Part shown: positions 42,201 through 56,085 of the stretch, one piece after another
How the letters are laid out: each line of letters starts with the position of its first letter
Position numbering within the stretch: the first letter of the stretch is position 1
NCBI RefSeq assembly: GCF_009914755.1
Contig: NC_060948.1
Direction: 5' to 3' (one strand)
Source: the human T2T-CHM13v2.0 reference genome, Homo sapiens
DNA length: 64,000 bases
Program-made: the position numbers and the translations under genes
Notes under the pieces: model-generated
Seen by the model: the letters and a program-made list of their open reading frames with translations, nothing else
The model's database searches: none
What the model was told of the DNA's origin: nothing

Positions 42201-44871
42201 CATAGAATGGAATGGAATGGAATGGAATGGAATGGAATGGAACGGAATTGAATGTCATGGAATGGAATGGCATGGCATGGAATGGAATGGAATGGAATGG
42301 AATGAAATGGATTGGAATGGGATGGGCCCAAAAGTAATAGACTCAAATAAAAGGGACTCAAAGAGAATGAAGTGGAAAGAAACGGTCTCGAATGTAATTT
42401 ATTCGAATAGAATGATATTGAATGGAATGCAATAGTATGGAATGGTATCGAATAGAATGGAATAGAATGGAATGGAATGGAACGGAATGGAGTGCAATTG
42501 AACGGACTCAAATGAAATAAATTGCAATATAATTGATTCAAATGGAATGGAATCGAATAGAATGTAAACAAATGGAATGGAAGGCAATGCAATGGAAAGG
42601 AATCGAATGAAATGGAATAAATGGAATGGAATGGAATGGAAAGGACGCGAATATATTGGACTGTTAAGGAAAGGTGTCAAATCGAATTTATTCCAATAGA
42701 ATGGAATCGAATGGAATGCAATACTATTGAATCGAATCGAATGGAATGGAATTGAATGGAATGGACAGGAATGGAATGAACTGGAAGTGAATGGACAGGA
42801 ACGTAATATATTGCAATGTAATTTATTCAAATGGAATGGAATGCAATCGAATGGAATGGACTCGATTGGAATGGACTGGAGTGGAATGGATTCAAATGGA
42901 ATGGCAAGGAATGGAATGGAATGGAATGGAAAGCAAAGGAATCTACTGGAATAGAATCGAACGGAACAGAAAGGAATGGAATGGAATGGAGTGGAATGGA
43001 CTCGAATGGAATGTATTCGAATGTAATGGACCTAAAAAGGAATGGAATCCAATGGAATGGAATTGAATGGAATCAAAAGGAATAGAAAGGCATCGAGTGT
43101 AATTGAATGATATCGAAAGGAAGGGAATGGAATGAACTCGAATGGAATGCACTGGAATGGAATGGACTCGATCAGAACGGACTGGAGAGGAATGTACACA
43201 AATGGAATGGAAACGAATGGAATGGAATGAAATGGAATGGAATGAAATGGAATTGAAAGGAACGGAATCAAATGGAATGGAATGGAATGGATTGGAATAG
43301 AATGGATTCAAATAAAATAGAATCGATGGGAATGGTATTGAATGAAAGGGACTTGAATGGAATGGAAAGCAATGGAAGATATTGGAATCGAATGGCATCG
43401 AATGAAATGGAATGGAACGGAATGGAACGGAACCGAATGGAATGGAATGGACTCAAATGTAATGGACACCAATGGAATCGACTGAAATATAATAGTGTCG
43501 AAAGGAATGGCCTCGAGCGGAATTTATTTGAATAGAATGGAATCAAATGGAATACAATACCATTGAATGGAATCGAATGGAATGGAATCGAATGGAATGG
43601 AATCAAATGGAATGGAACGGAATTCAATATAATGGAGTAGAATGGAATGCATTGGAAAGGAGCAGAGTGGAATCAAGTGGAATGGAATCGAGTGGAATGG
43701 AATCGAGTGGAATGGAATCAATGGGAACAAAATCGAATTGAATGGACTTGAATGGAATTGACTCGAAAGGAATTGACTCGAAAGAAATGGACTGGAACAA
43801 AAAGGAATCAAATGGACAGGAATGGGATGGAATGGACACGAATGGAATGGAGTCAAATGCAAACGCATCGAATGGAATGGATTGAAATGGAATGCAATGG
43901 AATGGAACAGAAAGGAAGAGAATGGAATTGAGAGTAATGGAAAGATATCGATTGGAATGAAATGGAATGGAAATGAATTGAATGGAAAGGAATGGAGTGG
44001 AAAGAAATGGATTGGAATGGAATGGTCTCCAATGGAATGGACTGGAGTGGAATGGAATCGAATGGAATGAAAAGAATGGAACGGAATGGAATGGAAAGGA
44101 ATAGAATGTTATGGAATCCGATTGGACAGAATGGAATGGAATGGAGTTTCATGAAATGGAGTCGAATAGAGTGTCATCAAAAGGAATGGAATGGAATGGA
44201 GTGGACTCAAAAGGAATGGACTCGAAAGGAATGGAGTCCAACCAAATTGAATCAAATGGATTGGAGTCGAACAGAATGGAATGGAATGAAATGTACTCGA
44301 CTGGAGTAGAGAGGAATGTAAAGGAATAGAATGGAATGTAATCAAATGGATTGCAAGTGAATGGAATCAAAAATAATAGAAAGGAATGGAGTGTAAAGGG
44401 ATGATATTGAATATAATGGAATGGAATGGAATTTAATGGAATGGAGACGAAGGAATGGACAGGAATGTAATGGACTCCAATGGAATGGAATGGATCAAAA
44501 TGGATTTGAACAGATTGGAATCGAACGGAATGGAATGCAACGGCATGGAATGGACTCGAATGGAGAAGAGACAAATGGAATGGAAACGAATTCAATGGAA
44601 TTGAAAAGAATAGGATGGAATGGCGTGTAATGGTAAGATACTAAATGGAATGGAATTGAATGGAATGGAATGGACCCAAATGTAATGCACTCGAAAGGAA
44701 TATACTCAAATAGAATGGAATCGAAAGGAAAGGTCTCAAATGGAATTTATTCAATACAATGGAATCGAATGGAATGCAATAGAATGGAATGGAATCGAAT
44801 GTAATGGAATCAAATAGAATGGACCAGTATGGAATGGACTGCCATAGAACGGACTGCAGTGTAATGGATTG
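39270..44871 (+). repeat. Higher-order unit U8 (5602 bp)
   Basis: Landmark at 39270; near-copy of U6. Confidence 0.93.
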
Positions 44872-47800
44872 AATTCTAATTCATTCAAATGGAATGGAAT
44901 TGAATGGAATGGAATCCAATGGAATGGATAGGATTGTACTGGAATGGAATAGCATGGAATGCAACGGAGTGGAATGGAGTTGAATGAAGTGGAATGGAAT
45001 CGATTGGAATGGAATCAAATGGAATGGACGGGAATGGAATGGACTGGAAGAGAACAGACTCGAATTTAATGGATTGCAATGTAATTGATTCAAAGGGAAT
45101 GGAATCGAATGGAATGTAATAAAATTGAAGGGATTTGAGTTCAATGCAATGGAATAGAATGGAATGCAAAGGAAAGGAAAGGTACGGAGTGAAATCGAGT
45201 GTAATGGAATCGAATGGAATGAAATGGAATGGAATGGACTCAAAAGAAATGGACGAGGGACAAAACGGAATCGAACTGATTGGAATCGAACGGAACGGAA
45301 TGGAATGGAATGGTCTCCATTGGATCGGAGTAGAACGGACTGGAATGGAATGGAATGAAATGGAATGGAAAGGAATAGAATGGAATGGAATGGAATGGAA
45401 TGGAATGGAAGGTAATGGAAAGATATCGAACGGATTGGAAAGGAATGGAATGGACCCTAATGGAATGGAATGGAATTCAACAGAAACGAATGGAATGGAC
45501 TGGAGTGAAATGGAGTCGAATGTAATTGACTGGAGTGGAATGGACTCGAAAGGAATGGACTCGAATAGAATGGACTGGAATGGATTGTACTCAAATGGAG
45601 TGGAAAGGAATAAAATGGATTGCACCAGATTGGAATGGAACAGAATGTAATGGAATGGAATGGAATGCAATGGAATGGCTCCAATGGAATGGAGTCGAAT
45701 GCAATGGAACAGAAAGGAAAGGAATTGAATGGAATTGAAAGTAATAGAACAAAATGGAGTGCAAAGGAAAGATATTGAATGGAATGAATCGAAAAGAAAT
45801 CGAATGGAATGGACAAGAATGGAATGGAATAGAATGGAATAGACTGGCGTGCAATGAAAACGAATGGAATGGAAACGAATTTAATGCAATGGAAAGGAAT
45901 GGAGTAGAATAAATACTATGGAATGGAATGGAGGCGAAAGGAAAAGAATGGATTGGAATGTCACCGAATGGAAAGATATGGAATGGAAAGGAATGGATAC
46001 GAATGGAATGGAATAGAAAGGAACGGAAAGGTAAAGAATGGAATGGAATCGGATAGAATGGAATGCAATGTAATGGAGTCGAATGGAAAATAATCGTGTA
46101 GAATGATATCGAATGGAATGGAATGGAATGGAATGGACTCGAATGGAATGTACTCAAATGGATTAGAATAGAATGGAATGGAACTAAACGTAATGAACTC
46201 GAATGGAATGGACACAAATAGAATGGAAGAGAAAGGAATGGTATTGAATGGAATTTATTCGAATAGAGTGGAATTCAATGGAATGCAACAGTGTGGCATG
46301 GAATCAAATGGAATGGAATCGAATGGAATGGACCCGAGTGGAATGGACTCACATAGAACAGCCTCGAATGTAATGGATGACAATGTATTAGATTCGAAAG
46401 GACTGAAATCGAATGGAATGTAATCAAGTAGAACGGAATTGAATGCATGGAATGGCATAGAAAGTAACGCAATGGAATGGAATAGACTGGAATGGAATGG
46501 AATCGGATGGAATGTAATGAAATGTAATGGAAGGAATGCCATGGAATGGAATGGAATGGAATGCAATGGGACGGTGTATAATGGAGTGCAATGGATTTCA
46601 GTGGAATGTAGTCAAAAGGAAAGAAAGAGAATGGAATTCAATATAATGGAATGGCATCCAATGGCAAGGAATGGAGCGGACTCCAATGGAAACGACATGA
46701 AAGGAATATAATAAAATGGAATGGCATTGAACGAAATGGAATGTAATGGAGTTAAAAGGTAAAATATCGAATGGAAAAGAATTGAATGGACTCGAAAGGA
46801 ATATAATGGAATGGAATGGACTCGAATGGAATGTACTAGAGTTGAATGGAATCGAATGGAATGGAAAACAATGGAAAGGAAAGGAAGGGAATTGAAAGGA
46901 AAGGAATAGAATGGAATGGAATCGGATGGAACGGAATTGAATGGAATGGAAACTAAAGGAATAGAATAGAAAGGAATCGCATTGAATGGAATGGAATAGA
47001 ATGGAATCAGATGGAACAGAAAGGAATGGAATAGAATCGAATGGAATGGCATCGAATGGATGGAATGAAATGTAATGGAATGGAATAGAAAGGAATGGAA
47101 TGGACTCGAATGGAATGTACTCAAATGGAATAGAATAGAATGGAATGGAAGTAAATATAATGGACTCGAATAGAATGCATTGGAATAAATTGGAATTGAG
47201 TGTATTGGATTCGAATGGAAAGGAATGGAATGGAATGGAATGGAATGGAATGGAATGGAATGGATTCGAATGGAATGGAATCGAATGGAATGGAACGAAT
47301 TGGAATGTAATTGAATGGAGTCAAAAACAGTAGAAAGAAATAAAGTTTCATCGAAAGATATCGAATGGAATTGAATGGAATGTACGCGAATGGAATGGAC
47401 TGTAATGGAATGGAGTGACATGTAACGGAATCGAAAGGAATGGAATCCAATGAAATGGAATTGAATGGAATAGAAATGAATAGAATGGAATGGAGATTAA
47501 CGGAAAGATATTAAAATAATGGAATGGAATTGAGTGGACACGAATGGAATGGACTGGAATGGAAAGGACTCAAATGAAAACGAGCGCATTAGAATGGACT
47601 CGAATGGAATGGATTGGAGTGGAATGGTCTCGAATGGATTGGAAAGGAATGGAATGGAAAGGAATAGAATGGAATGTAATCAAATGGAACGAAATGGAAT
47701 GGAATGGATTCGACTGGAGCAGAATTGAATGGAGTGGATTTGAATGGAATGGAATGCAATCGAATGGAATGGACACGAATCGAATAGAATGAAATGAAAT

Positions 47801-50478
47801 GGCATAGAATGGAATGGAATGGAATGGAATGGAATGGAATGGAATGGAACGGAATTGAATGTCATGGAATGGAATGGCATGGCATGGAATGGAATGGAAT
47901 GGAATGGAATGAAATGGATTGGAATGGGATGGGCCCAAAAGTAATAGACTCAAATAAAAGGGACTCAAAGAGAATGAAGTGGAAAGAAACGGTCTCGAAT
48001 GTAATTTATTCGAATAGAATGATATTGAATGGAATGCAATAGTATGGAATGGTATCGAATAGAATGGAATAGAATGGAATGGAATGGAACGGAATGGAGT
48101 GCAATTGAACGGACTCAAATGCAATAAATTGCAATATAATTGATTCAAATGGAATGGAATCGAATAGAATGTAAACAAATGGAATGGAAGGCAATGCAAT
48201 GGAAAGGAATCGAATGAAATGGAATAAATGGAATGGAATGGAATGGAAAGGACGCGAATATATTGGACTGTTAAGGAAAGGTGTCAAATCGAATTTATTC
48301 CAATAGAATGGAATCGAATGGAATGCAATACTATTGAATCGAATCGAATGGAATGGAATTGAATGGAATGGACAGGAATGGAATGAACTGGAAGTGAATG
48401 GACAGGAACGTAATATATTGCAATGTAATTTATTCAAATGGAATGGAATGCAATCGAATGGAATGGACTCGATTGGAATGGACTGGAGTGGAATGGATTC
48501 AAATGGAATGGCAAGGAATGGAATGGAATGGAATGGAAAGCAAAGGAATCTACTGGAATAGAATCGAACGGAACAGAAAGGAATGGAATGGAATGGAGTG
48601 GAATGGACTCGAATGGAATGTATTCGAATGTAATGGACCTAAAAAGGAATGGAATCCAATGGAATGGAATTGAATGGAATCAAAAGGAATAGAAAGGCAT
48701 CGAGTGTAATTGAATGATATCGAAAGGAAGGGAATGGAATGAACTCGAATGGAATGCACTGGAATGGAATGGACTCGATCAGAACGGACTGGAGAGGAAT
48801 GTACACAAATGGAATGGAAACGAATGGAATGGAATGAAATGGAATGGAATGAAATGGAATTGAAAGGAAGGGAATCAAATGGAATGGAATGGAATGGATT
48901 GGAATAGAATGGATTCAAATAAAATAGAATCGATGGGAATGGTATTGAATGAAAGGGACTTGAATGGAATGGAAAGCAATGGAAGATATTGGAATCGAAT
49001 GGCATCGAATGAAATGGAATGGAACGGAATGGAACGGAACCGAATGGAATGGAATGGACTCAAATGTAATGGACACCAATGGAATCGACTGAAATATAAT
49101 AGTGTCGAAAGGAATGGCCTCGAGCGGAATTTATTTGAATAGAATGGAATCAAATGGAATACAATACCATTGAATGGAATCGAATGGAATGGAATCGAAT
49201 GGAATGGAATCAAATGGAATGGAACGGAATTCAATATAATGGAGTAGAATGGAATGCATTGGAAAGGAGCAGAGTGGAATCAAGTGGAATGGAATCGAGT
49301 GGAATGGAATCGAGTGGAATGGAATCAATGGGAACAAAATCGAATTGAATGGACTTGAATGGAATTGACTCGAAAGGAATTGACTCGAAAGGAATGGACT
49401 GGAACAAAAAGGAATCAAATGGACAGGAATGGGATGGAATGGACACGAATGGAATGGAGTCAAATGCAAACGCATCGAATGGAATGGATTGAAATGGAAT
49501 GCAATGGAATGGAACAGAAAGGAAGAGAATGGAATTGAGAGTAATGGAAAGATATCGATTGGAATGAAATGGAATGGAAATGCATTGAATGGAAAGGAAT
49601 GGAGTGGAAAGAAATGGATTGGAATGGAATGGTCTCCAATGGAATGGACTGGAGTGGAATGGAATCGAATGGAATGAAAAGAATGGAACGGAATGGAACG
49701 GAAAGGAATAGAATGTTATGGAATCCGATTGGACAGAATGGAATGGAATGGACTTTCATGAAATGGAGTCGAATAGAGTGTCATCAAAAGGAATGGAATG
49801 GAATGGAGTGGACTCAAAAGGAATGGACTCGAAAGGAATGGAGTCCAACCAAATTGAATCAAATGGATTGGAGTCGAACAGAATGGAATGGAATGAAATG
49901 TACTCGACTGGAGTAGAGAGGAATGTAAAGGAATAGAATGGAATGTAATCAAATGGATTGCAAGTGAATGGAATCAAAAATAATAGAAAGGAATGGAGTG
50001 TAAAGGGATGATATTGAATATAATGGAATGGAATGGAATTTAATGGAATGGAGACGAAGGAATGGACAGGAATGTAATGGACTCCAATGGAATGGAATGG
50101 ATCAAAATGGATTTGAACAGATTGGAATCGAACGGAATGGAATGCAACGGCATGGAATGGACTCGAATGGAGAAGAGACAAATGGAATGGAAACGAATTC
50201 AATGGAATTGAAAAGAATAGGATGGAATGGCGTGTAATGGTAAGATACTAAATGGAATGGAATTGAATGGAATGGAATGGACCCAAATGTAATGCACTCG
50301 AAAGGAATATACTCAAATAGAACGGAATCGAAAGGAAAGGTCTCAAATGGAATTTATTCAATACAATGGAATCGAATGGAATGCAATAGAATGGAATGGA
50401 ATCGAATGTAATGGAATCAAATAGAATGGACCAGTATGGAATGGACTGCCATAGAACGGACTGCAGTGTAATGGATTG
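44872..50478 (+). repeat. Higher-order unit U9 (5607 bp)
   Basis: Landmark at 44872; nearly identical to U10. Confidence 0.93.
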
Positions 50479-53400
50479 AATTCTAATTCATTCAAATGGA
50501 ATGGAATTGAATGGAATGGAATCCAATGGAATGGATAGGATTGTACTGGAATGGAATAGCATGGAATGCAACGGAGTGGAATGGAGTTGAATGAAGTGGA
50601 ATGGAATCGATTGGAATGGAATCAAATGGAATGGACGGGAATGGAATGGACTGGAAGAGAACAGACTCGAATTTAATGGATTGCAATGTAATTGATTCAA
50701 AGGGAATGGAATCGAATGGAATGTAATAAAATTGAAGGGATTTGAGTTCAATGCAATGGAATAGAATGGAATGCAAAGGAAAGGAAAGGTACGGAGTGAA
50801 ATCGAGTGTAATGGAATCGAATGGAATGAAATGGAATGGAATGGACTCAAAAGAAATGGACGAGGGACAAAACGGAATCGAACTGATTGGAATCGAACGG
50901 AACGGAATGGAATGGAATGGTCTCCATTGGATCGGAGTAGAACGGACTGGAATGGAATGGAATGAAATGGAATGGAAAGGAATAGAATGGAATGGAATGG
51001 AATGGAATGGAATGGAAGGTAATGGAAAGATATCGAACGGATTGGAAAGGAATGGAATGGACCCTAATGGAATGGAATGGAATTCAACAGAAACGAATGG
51101 AATGGACTGGAGTGAAATGGAGTCGAATGTAATTGACTGGAGTGAAATGGACTCGAAAGGAATGGACTCGAATAGAATGGACTGGAATGGATTGTACTCG
51201 AATGGAGTGGAAAGGAATAAAATGGATTGCACCAGATTGGAATGGAACAGAATGTAATGGAATGGAATGGAATGCAATGGAATGGCTCCAATGGAATGGA
51301 GTCGAATGCAATGGAACAGAAAGGAAAGGAATTGAATGGAATTGAAAGTAATAGAACAAAATGGAGTGCAAAGGAAAGATATTGAATGGAATGAATCGAA
51401 AAGAAATCGAATGGAATGGACAAGAATGGAATGGAATAGAATGGAATAGACTGGCGTGCAATGAAAACGAATGGAATGGAAACGAATTTAATGCAATGGA
51501 AAGGAATGGAGTAGAATAAATACTATGGAATGGAATGGAGGCGAAAGGAAAAGAATGGATTGGAATGTCACCGAATGGAAAGATATGGAATGGAAAGGAA
51601 TGGATACGAATGGAATGGAATAGAAAGGAACGGAAAGGTAAAGAATGGAATGGAATCGGATAGAATGGAATGCAATGTAATGGAGTCGAATGGAAAATAA
51701 TCGTGTAGAATGATATCGAATGGAATGGAATGGAATGGAATGGACTCGAATGGAATGTACTCAAATGGATTAGAATAGAATGGAATGGAACTAAACGTAA
51801 TGAACTCGAATGGAATGGACACAAATAGAATGGAAGAGAAAGGAATGGTATTGAATGGAATTTATTCGAATAGAGTGGAATTCAATGGAATGCAACAGTG
51901 TGGCATGGAATCAAATGGAATGGAATCGAATGGAATGGACCCGAGTGGAATGGACTCACATAGAACAGCCTCGAATGTAATGGATGACAATGTATTAGAT
52001 TCGAAAGGACTGAAATCGAATGGAATGTAATCAAGTAGAACGGAATTGAATGCATGGAATGGCATAGAAAGTAACGCAATGGAATGGAATAGACTGGAAT
52101 GGAATGGAATCGGATGGAATGTAATGAAATGTAATGGAAGGAATGCCATGGAATGGAATGGAATGGAATGCAATGGGACGGTGTATAATGGAGTGCAATG
52201 GATTTCAGTGGAATGTAGTCAAAAGGAAAGAAAGAGAATGGAATTCAATATAATGGAATGGCATCCAATGGCAAGGAATGGAGCGGACTCCAATGGAAAC
52301 GACATGAAAGGAATATAATAAAATGGAATGGCATTGAACGAAATGGAATGTAATGGAGTTAAAAGGTAAAATATCGAATGGAAAAGAATTGAATGGACTC
52401 GAAAGGAATATAATGGAATGGAATGGACTCGAATGGAATGTACTAGAGTTGAATGGAATCGAATGGAATGGAAAACAATGGAAAGGAAAGGAAGGGAATT
52501 GAAAGGAAAGGAATAGAATGGAATGGAATCGGATGGAACGGAATTGAATGGAATGGAAACTAAAGGAATAGAATAGAAAGGAATCGCATTGAATGGAATG
52601 GAATAGAATGGAATCAGATGGAACAGAAAGGAATGGAATAGAATCGAATGGAATGGCATCGAATGGATGGAATGAAATGTAATGGAATGGAATAGAAAGG
52701 AATGGAATGGACTCGAATGGAATGTACTCAAATGGAATAGAATAGAATGGAATGGAAGTAAATATAATGGACTCGAATAGAATGCATTGGAATAAATTGG
52801 AATTGAGTGTATTGGATTCGAATGGAAAGGAATGGAATGGAATGGAATGGAATGGAATGGAATGGAATGGATTCGAATGGAATGGAATCGAATGGAATGG
52901 AACGAATTGGAATGTAATTGAATGGAGTCAAAAACAGTAGAAAGAAATAAAGTTTCATCGAAAGATATCGAATGGAATTGAATGGAATGTACGCGAATGG
53001 AATGGACTGTAATGGAATGGAGTGACATGTAACGGAATCGAAAGGAATGGAATCCAATGAAATGGAATTGAATGGAATAGAAATGAATAGAATGGAATGG
53101 AGATTAACGGAAAGATATTAAAATAATGGAATGGAATTGAGTGGACACGAATGGAATGGACTGGAATGGAAAGGACTCAAATGAAAACGAGCGCATTAGA
53201 ATGGACTCGAATGGAATGGATTGGAGTGGAATGGTCTCGAATGGATTGGAAAGGAATGGAATGGAAAGGAATAGAATGGAATGTAATCAAATGGAACGAA
53301 ATGGAATGGAATGGATTCGACTGGAGCAGAATTGAATGGAGTGGATTTGAATGGAATGGAATGCAATCGAATGGAATGGACACGAATCGAATAGAATGAA

Positions 53401-56085
53401 ATGAAATGGCATAGAATGGAATGGAATGGAATGGAATGGAATGGAATGGAATGGAACGGAATTGAATGTCATGGAATGGAATGGCATGGCATGGAATGGA
53501 ATGGAATGGAATGGAATGAAATGGATTGGAATGGGATGGGCCCAAAAGTAATAGACTCAAATAAAAGGGACTCAAAGAGAATGAAGTGGAAAGAAACGGT
53601 CTCGAATGTAATTTATTCGAATAGAATGATATTGAATGGAATGCAATAGTATGGAATGGTATCGAATAGAATGGAATAGAATGGAATGGAATGGAACGGA
53701 ATGGAGTGCAATTGAACGGACTCAAATGCAATAAATTGCAATATAATTGATTCAAATGGAATGGAATCGAATAGAATGTAAACAAATGGAATGGAAGGCA
53801 ATGCAATGGAAAGGAATCGAATGAAATGGAATAAATGGAATGGAATGGAATGGAAAGGACGCGAATATATTGGACTGTTAAGGAAAGGTGTCAAATCGAA
53901 TTTATTCCAATAGAATGGAATCGAATGGAATGCAATACTATTGAATCGAATCGAATGGAATGGAATTGAATGGAATGGACAGGAATGGAATGAACTGGAA
54001 GTGAATGGACAGGAACGTAATATATTGCAATGTAATTTATTCAAATGGAATGGAATGCAATCGAATGGAATGGACTCGATTGGAATGGACTGGAGTGGAA
54101 TGGATTCAAATGGAATGGCAAGGAATGGAATGGAATGGAATGGAAAGCAAAGGAATCTACTGGAATAGAATCGAACGGAACAGAAAGGAATGGAATGGAA
54201 TGGAGTGGAATGGACTCGAATGGAATGTATTCGAATGTAATGGACCTAAAAAGGAATGGAATCCAATGGAATGGAATTGAATGGAATCAAAAGGAATAGA
54301 AAGGCATCGAGTGTAATTGAATGATATCGAAAGGAAGGGAATGGAATGAACTCGAATGGAATGCACTGGAATGGAATGGACTCGATCAGAACGGACTGGA
54401 GAGGAATGTACACAAATGGAATGGAAACGAATGGAATGGAATGAAATGGAATGGAATGAAATGGAATTGAAAGGAAGGGAATCAAATGGAATGGAATGGA
54501 ATGGATTGGAATAGAATGGATTCAAATAAAATAGAATCGATGGGAATGGTATTGAATGAAAGGGACTTGAATGGAATGGAAAGCAATGGAAGATATTGGA
54601 ATCGAATGGCATCGAATGAAATGGAATGGAACGGAATGGAACGGAACCGAATGGAATGGAATGGACTCAAATGTAATGGACACCAATGGAATCGACTGAA
54701 ATATAATAGTGTCGAAAGGAATGGCCTCGAGCGGAATTTATTTGAATAGAATGGAATCAAATGGAATACAATACCATTGAATGGAATCGAATGGAATGGA
54801 ATCGAATGGAATGGAATCAAATGGAATGGAACGGAATTCAATATAATGGAGTAGAATGGAATGCATTGGAAAGGAGCAGAGTGGAATCAAGTGGAATGGA
54901 ATCGAGTGGAATGGAATCGAGTGGAATGGAATCAATGGGAACAAAATCGAATTGAATGGACTTGAATGGAATTGACTCGAAAGGAATTGACTCGAAAGGA
55001 ATGGACTGGAACAAAAAGGAATCAAATGGACAGGAATGGGATGGAATGGACACGAATGGAATGGAGTCAAATGCAAACGCATCGAATGGAATGGATTGAA
55101 ATGGAATGCAATGGAATGGAACAGAAAGGAAGAGAATGGAATTGAGAGTAATGGAAAGATATCGATTGGAATGAAATGGAATGGAAATGCATTGAATGGA
55201 AAGGAATGGAGTGGAAAGAAATGGATTGGAATGGAATGGTCTCCAATGGAATGGACTGGAGTGGAATGGAATCGAATGGAATGAAAAGAATGGAACGGAA
55301 TGGAACGGAAAGGAATAGAATGTTATGGAATCCGATTGGACAGAATGGAATGGAATGGACTTTCATGAAATGGAGTCGAATAGAGTGTCATCAAAAGGAA
55401 TGGAATGGAATGGAGTGGACTCAAAAGGAATGGACTCGAAAGGAATGGAGTCCAACCAAATTGAATCAAATGGATTGGAGTCGAACAGAATGGAATGGAA
55501 TGAAATGTACTCGACTGGAGTAGAGAGGAATGTAAAGGAATAGAATGGAATGTAATCAAATGGATTGCAAGTGAATGGAATCAAAAATAATAGAAAGGAA
55601 TGGAGTGTAAAGGGATGATATTGAATATAATGGAATGGAATGGAATTTAATGGAATGGAGACGAAGGAATGGACAGGAATGTAATGGACTCCAATGGAAT
55701 GGAATGGATCAAAATGGATTTGAACAGATTGGAATCGAACGGAATGGAATGCAACGGCATGGAATGGACTCGAATGGAGAAGAGACAAATGGAATGGAAA
55801 CGAATTCAATGGAATTGAAAAGAATAGGATGGAATGGCGTGTAATGGTAAGATACTAAATGGAATGGAATTGAATGGAATGGAATGGACCCAAATGTAAT
55901 GCACTCGAAAGGAATATACTCAAATAGAACGGAATCGAAAGGAAAGGTCTCAAATGGAATTTATTCAATACAATGGAATCGAATGGAATGCAATAGAATG
56001 GAATGGAATCGAATGTAATGGAATCAAATAGAATGGACCAGTATGGAATGGACTGCCATAGAACGGACTGCAGTGTAATGGATTG
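50479..56085 (+). repeat. Higher-order unit U10 (5607 bp)
   Basis: Landmark at 50479; nearly identical to U9. Confidence 0.93.
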
